Below are positions 12,428 through 23,034 of a stretch of DNA of 64,000 bases, in pieces. Position numbers and translations under genes: made by a program. Below the pieces are notes generated by a model that saw only the letters and a program-made list of their open reading frames with translations, searched no databases and was not told the origin of the DNA. The stretch spans positions 299,344,000 through 299,407,999 of the forward strand of contig NC_052146.1 in assembly GCF_902713615.1 (NCBI RefSeq). The letters run 5' to 3'. Source of the DNA: Scyliorhinus canicula (taxonomy: Eukaryota). How positions within the stretch are numbered: the first letter of the stretch is position 1; each line of letters begins with the position of its first letter.

Positions 12428-12960
12428 TACTCTAGCTGTGGCCTAACCAGCGTTTTATACCGATCCATCATAATCTCCATGTTCTTATATTCTGTGCCTC
12501 AACTGATAAGGATAAGTATCCCATTTGCTTTCTTAACCATCTTCCCAACTGTCCTTCTGCCTTCAGGAGTTGTTGAACATGCACTCCAATAACCCTCTGG
12601 TCCTATGTACTTCCTCCCGCCCAACATTCATTGTGTATTCCCTTGCCTGGTTAGCCCTCCCAAAATGTATCACCTCGCACTTTTCAGGGTTATATTCCAT
12701 TTCCAACTGTTCTGCCGATCTGACCAACCCGCCTATATTGTCCTGCAATCCATGGCTTTCCATCCCGCTATTGACCACATCGCCAGTTTCGTGCCAACTG
12801 CGAACTTCCTGACCATGCCCGCCACATTGATGTCTGGATCATTAACGTACACTAGAAACAGCAAGGCACCCAACACCTACTCCACTGGCTTCCAGTCCCA
12901 AAATCAACCTTTGACCATCGCCCTCTGTCTCCTCTGCCACTAAGCCAATCTTGGATCCAA
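12428..12960 (-). mobile_element. Degenerate CR1 LINE fragment
   Basis: Minus frame ...MEYNPEKCEVIHFGRAN..EYTMN is typical of CR1 ORF2. Similar decayed pieces at ~5400-5900, 18170-18680(+), 30175-30600(-) and 57150-57950(-). Confidence 0.7.
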
Positions 12961-13194
12961 TCCTGCCACCCCATATGTCTCACCACCTTGATCAGTCCCC
13001 ATTACATTTCTTGGCACTACTGCAGGATCAAGTTGCCCTGGGCTCAGATCGGAGTGGTTGCTCCCCTTCCGTCAAGTCTCCTTTTTAACTGAAACATTTC
13101 GAAAGCAAAGCGGGTCAGAAGAAGAGATCGAAACTAAAAGTGTCGGGCTGCACCCCTCTCTGATCATTCTTCTGGAGGCTGGAGGCGAGCAAAC

Positions 13195-13494
13195 ATGTCT
13201 TGGAGGATGAGGTACTGCAGCCTGGTTCTGCTCTCGGGTCTCATTGTCCCTCGGGCAACCGAAGGGAAGGTTGTCCAGTCCTTCGATGAATGCAGCCAGT
13301 TCTTTTGCGAAGGCGTTGAGCCCTTTATGATCTTTAACACGACCAGAGTCTGCCAGCGCTATAACAATGAGGACCACTTCGCCACTGTGTACAGCAGAGC
13401 TCTCCGGATCCCGTGGTATTCCGCTTACAAATACCAACCTGCCTCCAATTCTTTCAAGCCCAGCAGACCCCCAAAATTCTTCATTGAGCCACAG
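13195..13494 (+). CDS. ENDOD1: ENDOD1-like endonuclease gene A, coding exon 1 (signal peptide + N-terminal part of DNA/RNA non-specific endonuclease domain)
   Basis: ATG at 13195. Signal-peptide-like MSWRMRYCSLVLLSGLIVPRATEG is followed by family-typical F-x-EC-x2-FF...CQRYNN..HFATVYS..LRIPWYSAY...FFIEPQ. The exon is exactly 100 codons and ends CAG|GTAAGA (donor GT at 13495). Whether it is an ortholog or a paralog is not resolved. Confidence 0.88.
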
Positions 13495-13819
13495 GTAAGA
13501 CGATGTGGTGCCAATCGGGGAAGCTATTGTTTTAACCTCGACCCCATCTTTAATAGATGCCAGGATTCAAGTGGAATAAATGTTCTGACTGTGGACAGTC
13601 CCTTACTCCAGTGATGGAGAATTCCAAACCCCACCAGGATTTCTCTCTTTGAGAAGCTGAATGTCTTTTTAAATTCTCCAAATTGCCTGAAGAGGCATTT
13701 TGACACCCAGTTCTTTGAGAACCACTTTGCGAATTGAGAACAAAATTAATTAGCTCAAATTCTTAAACCCACCCCCCCCCCCCCCCCAATGCGGGAGGGT
13801 GGATTTGACAGTTATGTAA

Positions 13820-14057
13820 GATTCTTTCTTTTTAAAATTTTAACGTGCCCAATTCATTTTTTTTCCCAATTAAGGGAGCGATTTAGCCTGGCCAATCCAC
13901 ACACCCTGCACATCTTTTTGGGTTGTGGGGGTGAGGCCCATGCAGACACAGGGAGAATGTGCAAACTCCACACGGACAGTGACCCGGGGCCGGGATCGAA
14001 CCCAGGTCCTCGAGGCTGGGAGCCAGCAGTGCTAACCACTGTGCCACCGTGCCGCCC
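13820..14057 (-). mobile_element. Short-tail SINE inside the intron of gene A
   Basis: Same head, core and AT tail as 120-350. Confidence 0.8.
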
Positions 14058-14162
14058 AGTAAAGTCCCGTTTAATTGAAACGATTGTGGCTCGATGTAGG
14101 TCACCCTTTCTTAAGTGAGGCAAAACGAAATTAGAACTGATGGTGTTCATTGTTCATTTTAG

Positions 14163-16610
14163 TTGGACTTGCCTGATGGTTCGCCTGAGATGAGCAAGGA
14201 GCCACCAGACGGAGTTGGGATGAATCAAGCCCTCAACAAGGATTATACAAATAAGTCATACCACCGGGGCCACTTGTGCCCATTCTCATTTCACGATGCC
14301 AGCAGTATCTCCACATGCACCCTCACCAATGTCGTGCCCAAACTGCCAGAGCTGAACAGGCTCTGGTATCAGGGTGCCGAGAAATTGATCAATATATTGT
14401 CAGGGCTGTGTAAACCAACAGAGGCCTTATTCGTGATTACTGGAGTCATCCCATCCTTCCAATTCCTCAATGGAAGAGTGAACATACCCCTGGCAATTTA
14501 CAGCTTTTACAGTTGCTGCCCAGGCGAGGAACAGAAGAAAAGGAAGAAAAAGAAGGAAGAATGTGCATCCAGATCCGGTGGTTACATCCTCCGAATGGAT
14601 AAGAAGAACCCTGTCGTGGAAGTGGCTACCCTGGCAAAATTGCAAGAATTGTTTGGCAGCTTGATTGAGGTCAACCCCGCTTGGGTCAGGGTCGCCGTTT
14701 CCAGAAGCGAATCCCAGATGGTGGAAGTGATCTATGAGTTTTTCAAACCAAGCTGGGCTAAAAGGATTTCCAGCCTGGAGCTCAGTGACATTGCTGCACC
14801 CCTGTTTGATGCCCTGAGCTTTATGGCCCGGTGTGTCTATGATTTGGTGGCTTGGATTATTTATGGGGTGTTTAGAGTTATCTGTGGAGTGGTGTTTGTT
14901 GTTTTGGCAATTATCAGAATGGTTGTGGCTCTTGTCGATCTACTGCTGGCTTCTATCGCTTGGCTCATAATGGCAATACTTCGATCAATCGGTGGCTTTT
15001 TCTGGAGAATTGGGGTTCTGTTGACCAAGGGGTTCTTATTTGTCGCTAAAAGCCTTCTGGGCCTCATTACTGGTGTAGCCAAGTTCATCCTGTTATCCAT
15101 CGCCAGCATTCCCACTTACATCATTGGTATCGTGGCTAATCTATTCACACTGCTTTCCTGTGCGAGCTTCCTGCTTCCCATCCTCAGTTTCTCAGTGAGC
15201 TTGGTCAGCTTGTTCTTTGGAACCATTCTTGTGATTGCCATTCGGCCTAATCTGTTCCTAAACCTGCTCTCTAAACTCGCCCAGTATATCACCAAACTCA
15301 TTCCATCAGTGGTCGAAACCCGCCCCCCTCCCAGCGTCACGTGGAATTGGTTACTCTCGGTCATTTCGGCATTCCAGGACCTGATGGCCAAGTTCTGGAC
15401 ACTCATGCTTGACATTCCATCTCATTGCAAAATGCTCATGGCTATTGTGTTATTTCTGCCCAGCTTGCTCCTAGGGGGTTGGCTAATTGTTGTGAGTGTG
15501 TTGGGGGGCTTGTTCTCTCTCATCTCAATGGTCACAGCCGGGATATTTGGGACAATAGCTACAGTAGTGTTGGGACTTGAAGCCCTTGTATTACTGATGC
15601 TACAGACTGTAGTCAGCTTATGTGTTACAGGCCCAGACTGGATCTTTACCACTCTTATTCCCAGATCCTTTCAATACCTGGCCACCGCTTTTTCAAAGTA
15701 CTCAGTTTACTCACACACGTACATACTGGCTATCTTGATTTGCATCTTCTTCATCCAAGTCCTGATAAAATTCTTTTCATCTTCTGAGCACCCTCGACAA
15801 TACCAATATGACAACCAACCCATCTTCAAAGATAATAGCGTCAAGCTAAATCCCACACCAGGCAAAGTTAATCTGTCCAATGTAACCCGTACTGCCCACC
15901 CAGTCTCCATCAAGCCTCCAGGTTTAAGGCGCCCCAGTCAAATTCCTGTCCAGCCTAATACCGAGAGGGACACTGCTAAAGTTTATTTCAGTTATGCTAA
16001 GGGATTTTGTACAGAGAACATAATTCCCATCCTTATCATTGTCCCTGGAGTTTTAATTGATCATGCCATTTCCTGCCCTTTTCTGTATGGTGACATCCGT
16101 ATTCGTACGTTAGCGATTGCTGTTGCTGTTTTGGTGTCTGTGGTTACTGATGGAACCAGTCCCAGATATTCCCGAGCCTTCCTTCTTGCAGCAATTGCTG
16201 CCGGTGTCATTGTTGTATACAATGTGATCACCTATTTTATCACAGGAGTATACAATTGTATGTGTTTGGCTTTCACAAACATTGGCCCAATCATTTTTCT
16301 AGTCATTGTCATAGGAATTGGCGTCATGATTGCCAGTGGCGGTCATTTGGATTGTTTCCTTGTTGGAATAAGTGCCAATCTCCCCATCTCCCTCACCACA
16401 GCTTTCCTAAACACTGGCACAGCCATCAAAGAAGCTAGCAGGGATAGGCCACCGATCATGCTTAGTTTATTGGTTATTATTTTCATCTTACTTATTCAAA
16501 GGAGTGATTCCCTCAACTATGTTGTTACGGAATTTCTTCAACTAATCTTCGCTGGAATTTTCGCTGTCCTTGCTTTGATAATAAAGGAGTCAATTCATCC
16601 ACGGATATGA
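14163..16610 (+). CDS. ENDOD1: ENDOD1-like gene A, coding exon 2 (catalytic half of nuclease domain + ~600-aa multi-hydrophobic tail); spliced product 915 aa
   Basis: Pyrimidine tract and AG at 14161-14162, phase 0. Uninterrupted 815-codon frame with QALNKDY..YHRGHLCP..TCTLTNVVP..LNRLWYQGAE..FVITGVIP..GRVNIP..YSCC, then long hydrophobic stretches. TGA at 16608-16610. Confidence 0.88.
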   Translation: MDLPDGSPEMSKEPPDGVGMNQALNKDYTNKSYHRGHLCPFSFHDASSISTCTLTNVVPKLPELNRLWYQGAEKLINILSGLCKPTEALFVITGVIPSFQFLNGRVNIPLAIYSFYSCCPGEEQKKRKKKKEECASRSGGYILRMDKKNPVVEVATLAKLQELFGSLIEVNPAWVRVAVSRSESQMVEVIYEFFKPSWAKRISSLELSDIAAPLFDALSFMARCVYDLVAWIIYGVFRVICGVVFVVLAIIRMVVALVDLLLASIAWLIMAILRSIGGFFWRIGVLLTKGFLFVAKSLLGLITGVAKFILLSIASIPTYIIGIVANLFTLLSCASFLLPILSFSVSLVSLFFGTILVIAIRPNLFLNLLSKLAQYITKLIPSVVETRPPPSVTWNWLLSVISAFQDLMAKFWTLMLDIPSHCKMLMAIVLFLPSLLLGGWLIVVSVLGGLFSLISMVTAGIFGTIATVVLGLEALVLLMLQTVVSLCVTGPDWIFTTLIPRSFQYLATAFSKYSVYSHTYILAILICIFFIQVLIKFFSSSEHPRQYQYDNQPIFKDNSVKLNPTPGKVNLSNVTRTAHPVSIKPPGLRRPSQIPVQPNTERDTAKVYFSYAKGFCTENIIPILIIVPGVLIDHAISCPFLYGDIRIRTLAIAVAVLVSVVTDGTSPRYSRAFLLAAIAAGVIVVYNVITYFITGVYNCMCLAFTNIGPIIFLVIVIGIGVMIASGGHLDCFLVGISANLPISLTTAFLNTGTAIKEASRDRPPIMLSLLVIIFILLIQRSDSLNYVVTEFLQLIFAGIFAVLALIIKESIHPRI

Positions 16611-16758
16611 CCAAGACAATTAGTCTAGTAATGTAAGATTTAATTACATAACTCTCATTTACAGAATGTTAATGACTTTAAAGTTATAACAGTGACTACA
16701 CCTCAGGAGATGTAATTGCCTGCAAGAGGCTTTGGGAGACTGATATAATAGAGTTAAA

Positions 16759-17073
16759 NNNNNNNNNNNNNNNNNNNNNNNNNNNNNNNNNNNNNNNNNN
16801 NNNNNNNNNNNNNNNNNNNNNNNNNNNNNNNNNNNNNNNNNNNNNNNNNNNNNNNNNNNNNNNNNNNNNNNNNNNNNNNNNNNNNNNNNNNNNNNNNNNN
16901 NNNNNNNNNNNNNNNNNNNNNNNNNNNNNNNNNNNNNNNNNNNNNNNNNNNNNNNNNNNNNNNNNNNNNNNNNNNNNNNNNNNNNNNNNNNNNNNNNNNN
17001 NNNNNNNNNNNNNNNNNNNNNNNNNNNNNNNNNNNNNNNNNNNNNNNNNNNNNNNNNNNNNNNNNNNNNNNNN
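16759..17073. other. Assembly gap (315 N) followed by a (CT/CTTT)n microsatellite
   Basis: Run of N, then a pyrimidine-rich simple repeat at 17074-17165. Confidence 0.98.
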
Positions 17074-17454
17074 CTTTCTCTCTCTCACTTTCGCTCTCTC
17101 TCTTTCTTCTCTCTCTCCCTTTCTTTCTTTCTTTCTTTCTCTCTTTCCTCCTTTCTCATTTCTGGTTCTCTTTTGTATGTTCTTTTGAGAAGGTGGGAGC
17201 AGCAATCAGACTGTACACAAGATTTGAGGTGGCCTTACATTACTGTAAATAAAAGAAGTTTCATTTATATTGTGCCTTTCATGGCCTTAGGACATTCCAA
17301 AGTGTTTTACAGCCAGTCTCTCTTACCTTTCATATGTTTAAAAAATGTCCTATCTTCTTTTATAGTACGAGGCAGCTTACACTCATCTTTCATCTTCTCC
17401 TGCCTTATTGCTTTCTTAGTTGTCATGACTTCCCTCATGGATGCCATCCTCCCC

Positions 17455-17931
17455 TTCCCTTCCCATCCTTCCCTTCCGCTTCTGCCATGGTGTAGGCCGT
17501 GACGGCGGAGGAAGAGAAAGAGTGCCCCCCACAGCACTGGCCCGCCCGCCGATCGTTGGGCCCTGATCGCGGGCCTGGCCACTGTGGGGGCACCCCCCCC
17601 CCCCCCCCCCCGGGGTCCGATCGCCCTGCGCCCCCACCAGGACCCCGGGGGCCCGCTCACGCCGCCGACCCCGCCGCCACCAGAGGCGGTTCAAACCTCG
17701 GCGGCGGGAGAGGCCTCCCAGCCGTGGGACTTTGGCCCATCACGGGCCGGAGAATAACGGCAGCACAGAAACCCGTAGCCTCCCGCCGGCCCCCGCCATT
17801 CTCCGAGGTGGGCGGCGGGATTGGCGGCACGCCGACTTTTTGCGGGTGGGAGAATTCTGGACACGGCGGGGGCGGGATTTTCGGCGGCCCCGGACGATTC
17901 TCTGACCCTGCTGGGGGTCGGAGAATTTTGC
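17455..17931. mobile_element. GC-rich non-coding repeat (partial MITE-like element) abutting a SINE 3' half
   Basis: CpG-rich, ends ggagaattttgccc. Related in style and motifs to 4750-5020, 22361-23034 and 44890-45390. Confidence 0.55.
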
Positions 17932-20699
17932 CCCGTGTCTGTGTGGGTCTCACCCCCACAACCCAAAAAAATGTGGATTGGCCACGCTAAATTGCCTCTT
18001 AATTGGAATTAAACACAAAAAAAATGAATCAATGGCCACCTGACGTTAAAGTATTAAGCTTCAGTCAAGACGGGTCAGCCAAACTTTCAGCATCAGAGCA
18101 TAACTTAAATCAGCTCTGTTCATCACAATTAGGGTGTCTAAAATTCACCGTGTGTGACATTACAAGATTCAGTTGACAGGTTGATAAGGTGGTTAAGAGG
18201 GCGTGTAAAATCCTTTCCTTTATTGGCTGAGGTATAGAAGGTAAGGTTATGCTGAATCTGTGCAAAACATTAGTCAGGCCACAACTTGAGTACTGCGGGT
18301 GGGTCTGGTCACACAAAGGAAGCACAGAGGGAGATTTCCAAGGATGTCGCCAGGACTGGAAAATTGCAGCGATGAGGAAAGATTGGAGAGGGTGGGGAGA
18401 GATTGGATAGGCTGGATCAGAGGAGGCTGAGGGGAGATTTGATTGAGATGTACAAGAGTGTGCGGGGCCTGGATAGAGTGGGTGGGAAGGGTCTGTTTCC
18501 TTTAGTAGACAGGTCAGTGACTAGGGCGCATAGATTTGATGCAATTGGTAGAATGATTAGACGGGAGATAAGGAAGTGTTTTTTCACCCAGAGGGTTCTG
18601 GAATTGACTTCCCGAAACCCTCAAATTATTTAAAAGGTATCTGGATATGCACCTGATTAGACTGGGCGGTCTGTTTTTAGAAATGAAATGAAATGAAAAT
18701 CGCTTATTGTCACGAGTAGGCTTCAATGAAGTTACTGTGAAAAGCCCCTAGTCGCCACATTCCGGCGCCTGTCCGGGGAGGCTGGTACGGGAATCGAACC
18801 GTGCTGCTGGTCTGCTTTAAAAGCCAGCGATTTAGCTCAGTGAGCGAAACCAGCCCCTAGTGAGCTAAACCAGCCCCTTCATCTGATGGTGTATCCAAAC
18901 ATTCCCTGTGCTATAATACAAAATATGCAAAAAGAGGGTGATTATCAATGATGAAAAGATTATTACTGTTCAGTGTTAAGCTTTGATCAACTAAGCTAAT
19001 AAATACTGTGAAATAGTTAATCCAACGCTGGGCAACTAACTGCACGTCACTTTCAGAGTTGATCCCTGGTCTTTGTTGAGTTTACTGGTCCCAGCTCTGA
19101 TGACATTTAAAGCATTTTGGCGTTTCTTCTCCTGTGTATCAATCCTTGTTGAAAGTGCCTGCATGTGGGTGAGGACAGGTTGAGGTACCCCAATTTCTGA
19201 ATACACCTCCGACACTTATGGTCACAGCTCACGGGTGAGGAATGTTTGCACTTATAGAGAGTCAATTATCTCCGATAGAACTGTAGCACAGTAAGGATTC
19301 AGCACAGTGGGGAGGAGCAAAAAGCTTAGCAAAGACAAAAGAAACCACAGAATATTCAGACACGTATATGTTTAAACCAGAGTTTGAAAAACTCCCCTCC
19401 ATCAATGTTACCAGCTGAGCCGGTTTGATCTCTGTTTTTTTCTTTCTATTTGACTGTTATGATCAATGAAAAGAACACAGTGCTTTCAGGCAAGGCATTG
19501 GTCGAAAAGACGTGTCTTTGTATTCATTGTGTGACCCATATATTTTTAACATGTACAATTTCTGTTATGATCTTTAAGATGTGCCACGTATGAAGCAGAA
19601 GCATGTATTTGATTCAAGTTGCCATGCTTGACTAGATCTGCCAGTCAAACTTGCGAAACTGGTCTTATCTGTATTGAAGTTGCTTTATGTGAGTGCAAAG
19701 CAAAGGCTGTTTTCAGCAAAACTTAACCTTTTGTACTGTGCGTGTCGTTGCGATGATTTGAGCATAACCTACTTTTTCAATAAACTAATTATTTTTGATC
19801 AAATCGCGTCCAAATGTCTTTGAAAATTTATGTCATAAAGCAGCCCCAACAGCCTGTATTCATGTAGCAACTTTGCCGCTGTCAAAGGCCCTAAGGTGCT
19901 TCATGAGGGCGCTATCACACAAATTTGACACAAAGCCACATCTAGGGACATTAGGCCCGATGACCAAAAGTTTGGTCAAAGAGATATGTTTTGAGAGGAA
20001 GGAGGGAAGAAAGGAATTGAGGTTGAGAGGTCAGGGATAAAGTCCCAGAGCTTGGAGCCTCTTGGCAGCAGAAAACACCAGTGGAGGAGCAAATAAAGTA
20101 AGGATGTGCAAGAGACAGTCGATGAGTCAAAATCCTGGAACTCCCTCCCTAACAGCGCTGTGGGTGTGCCTACACTTCATAGATGCCAACAGTTCAAGAA
20201 CACTACCGCCTTCTCCAGGACAGTTAGGGATGGGCGATAAATGTTGTCTTAGCCGCCAGCGACGCCCACATCCCATGAAAGAATAAATACAAAGATAGGA
20301 AGGGGAGAGGCCACGGAGGGATCTGATGAGGATGCAGTGCAAGGAATCCTGGTTCCCCCACTGAAAATGTTAGAAGGAACAGAACTGCTCCTCACACATT
20401 ATTAATGAGTCTCAGCCCCTAAGTTAGCAAGTGTCCTCAGTTCTGACACTTCCTCTCACCTTAGATGCCAGGGTAAATCAATTAGCAGCACTTCTGCCTC
20501 TGATGTCAGCTGGTCACGGCTTTATGTTCCAACGGATTTGAGCACAAAATGTAGGACAGTAAAATGTCAGAGGTGCCGACATTATACCAAGGCCCTCTCA
20601 GGTTGTATGCTCTGGATCCTGTGCGACTATTTTGAAGAAGAGTAGGGAAGTTCTCCTGATATCATGGCCATTTACCCTTCCAGCAACAGGATCATTATC

Positions 20700-20975
20700 A
20701 CATTGGGGATGTGGTGGCATAGTGGTATTGTCATTGGGCCAATAATCCAGAGACGCAGGGTTCAAATCCCAGTACGGCAGGTGGTGCAATTTGAATCTGG
20801 AAACATCAGGAATTAAAAGTCTAATGATGACCATGAAACCAGTGGCGATTGTCATAAAATCCGATCTGGTTCACTTATGTCCATTAGGGAAGGAAATCTA
20901 CCGTCCTTCCCTGGTCTGGCCTACATGAGACTCCAGACCCACAGCAATGTGGTTCACTATTAAAATTCCTTCTGA
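20700..20975 (+). mobile_element. Older tRNA-derived SINE-like repeat (possibly Deu-SINE/SacSINE-like)
   Basis: gtggcatagtggta...gggttcaaatccc head and the block ggaaggaaatct..ctggtctggcctacatg.gactccag..acagcaatgtggtt, which recurs at ~23960-24150, 41040-41430 and 46230-46460(-). The family name is tentative. Confidence 0.55.
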
Positions 20976-21814
20976 AATATCATAGAATTTACAGTGCAGA
21001 AGGAGGCCATTTACATTGCAGAAAGAGCACCCTACCCAAGGTCAACACCTCCACCTTATCCCCATAACCCAGTAACCCCACCCAACACTAAGGGCAATTT
21101 TGGACACTAAGGGCAATTTAGCATGGCCAATCCACCTAACCTGCACACCTTTAGACTGTGGGAGGAAACCGGAGCAAACCCATGCACACACGGGGAGGAT
21201 GTGCAGACTCGACACAGACAGTGACCCAAGCCGGAATCGAACCTGGGACCCTGGAGCTGTGAAGCAATTGTGCTATCCACTGTGCTGCCCATATGCTAAC
21301 AAGCCACTCCATTCAAAGGCAATTAGGGATCCAGCCAGCGAACACATTGGTGTTTGTGGGATCTTGCTGTGTGTTTCAAATTCTTGAATCTGTGATTATT
21401 AACATAGACTGAAAACTGTTACACTTTAGTCTACTTTGATGCAAGATATATTTTTGCATCTTGTTAAATGGCCACTCAGCAGCTATCAATCTACAGAGGC
21501 TTTTGAACAATATTTGATTAAAAACTAAAGCCTACTGAACATCTAAGATAAAAAACAATGAACTCTGATGGGTTGGTGTGCACTGGTAGCATCTTCAGAC
21601 AAAGCCTCAATTTTAAAATTCTCGAAAACGTGTGTCAGTCCCTCCATGGCCTCCACCCTCCCAATCTCTGTAACCTTCTCTGGCCCGAAAACCTTTCGCG
21701 ATCTCTGCACTCCTCCATTCACGTGAGCCCCCTTGCCACCCCATAGCATTACATTTTTATTCCTGACACAATTATAGTTGAGGGACAAGCAGAATCTTAA
21801 AGCAACTGTATGAC

Positions 21815-21910
21815 ACAGTAAGAAGTCTTACAACACCCAGGTTAAAGTTCAGCAGGTTGCTTTGGAATCACTGGCTTTCGGCGCGCAGTTCCTTCATCAG
21901 GTGAGTGAAG
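21815..21910 (-). mobile_element. Penelope-like pseudo-LTR remnant with degenerate hammerhead motif
   Basis: Reverse complement reads cacCTGATGAaggaactgcgcgccGAAAgccagtg...tttaacctgggtgttgtaagacttcttac, homologous to 1635-1718. Confidence 0.65.
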
Positions 21911-22360
21911 AGGTGGGTTCCACAAACCATCTTCCGTCGGCTGGACAGCTGCCAGAACATTTCCTGAGTTGGGGAGATTCCAAAAGAAGGGGGAGTAATC
22001 TCAAAATTAGAGTTTGCCAATTCTGAAGCGGTGCGTTCGCCCAAAGGGCAGTAGTAACCTGGAACCCTCTTCTGTCCAAAGTGTTGTGGATGTCAGGGCT
22101 GAGATTGTTAAAGTTTTACTGGATAAGATTATGAAGGGATAGGGATCACATTGGGTTGAGCGACAGATCAGCCATGATCTTATTAAATGGTGGAACAGGT
22201 TTGAGGGGCTGAATGGCCTATGCTCGTTAAGTTTCACAGTAAGTGTATGAGCTTCATTGAATTTTTTAGAAAGCTTTTCCTTATGCCTCCCTATATAATT
22301 GGTTTACAACTCTCTCTCGATTTCTTTTCTTCCACTCCCCCAAATTATTTTTGGAGACAT

Positions 22361-23034
22361 GGGGCTGGATTCTCTGAACCCCGATGTCGGAATCGCATCC
22401 AGCGCTGGGGCGGAGAATCCATTTCCACGCATGGAATCGGGTCCGGCACCGGTTCCTCGATTCTCCGGCACCCGAAAAGCGGCGTACCCGGGGAGTACAC
22501 CGCACCGCGTATCCCCCACCTGCGGCCGTTGCCAGAGACCCACCCCGCTATTCTCTGCCTCTGACTGGCTGACCGATGCCGTGGATCTAATATGGTCCCA
22601 GCCGTTCGGGAAACTCGCGAGGAGGCTGTGGACTCAGTCCGCGGCAGCAATGTTCGGGGGGGGGGGGGGTCGGGCCAATCGGAGGGCAGGGGGGGCCTCA
22701 TACGGGACTGGAGTATTTTTTAGCGGGCTGTTGGGGAGGGTTGGGCGCACGGCCGATCGGGAGCACTATTTACGCAGTCCAGCTCGGCGGTCTGAGGCCG
22801 CCATGGAGCATGGCACGGTCTCTGATGGCCGCCGACGTGCGCATGCGCGGCTTCTGACCCAGACGTGTGGGGGCCCGTATCTGCAGTTGGAGCTGTAAGC
22901 TTCAGGACGGGTCCCTGCTAGCCCCCTGCAGAGCTGGGAATATGTGATCTTTTGATGCCAGTTTTTCTGGCGGAAAAGGCCACAGTTTTCACGACAGCAT
23001 GGGGACATAGTCCCTGAAACGGAGAATCCAGTCC
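22361..23034. mobile_element. GC-rich non-autonomous DNA-transposon/MITE-like element with terminal inverted repeats
   Basis: Begins ggggctggattctc and ends gagaatccagtcc (~13-bp imperfect TIR). CpG-rich interior with no credible ORF. Confidence 0.65.

Noticed and set aside
13495-13614. Extension of gene A exon 1 ORF to 139 aa; likewise the upstream parts of ORFs 52855..54006 and 59189..59680
   Set aside because: These are read-through into intron or UTR. Strong splice sites at the conserved EPQ| position and the signal-peptide ATGs define the true exons.
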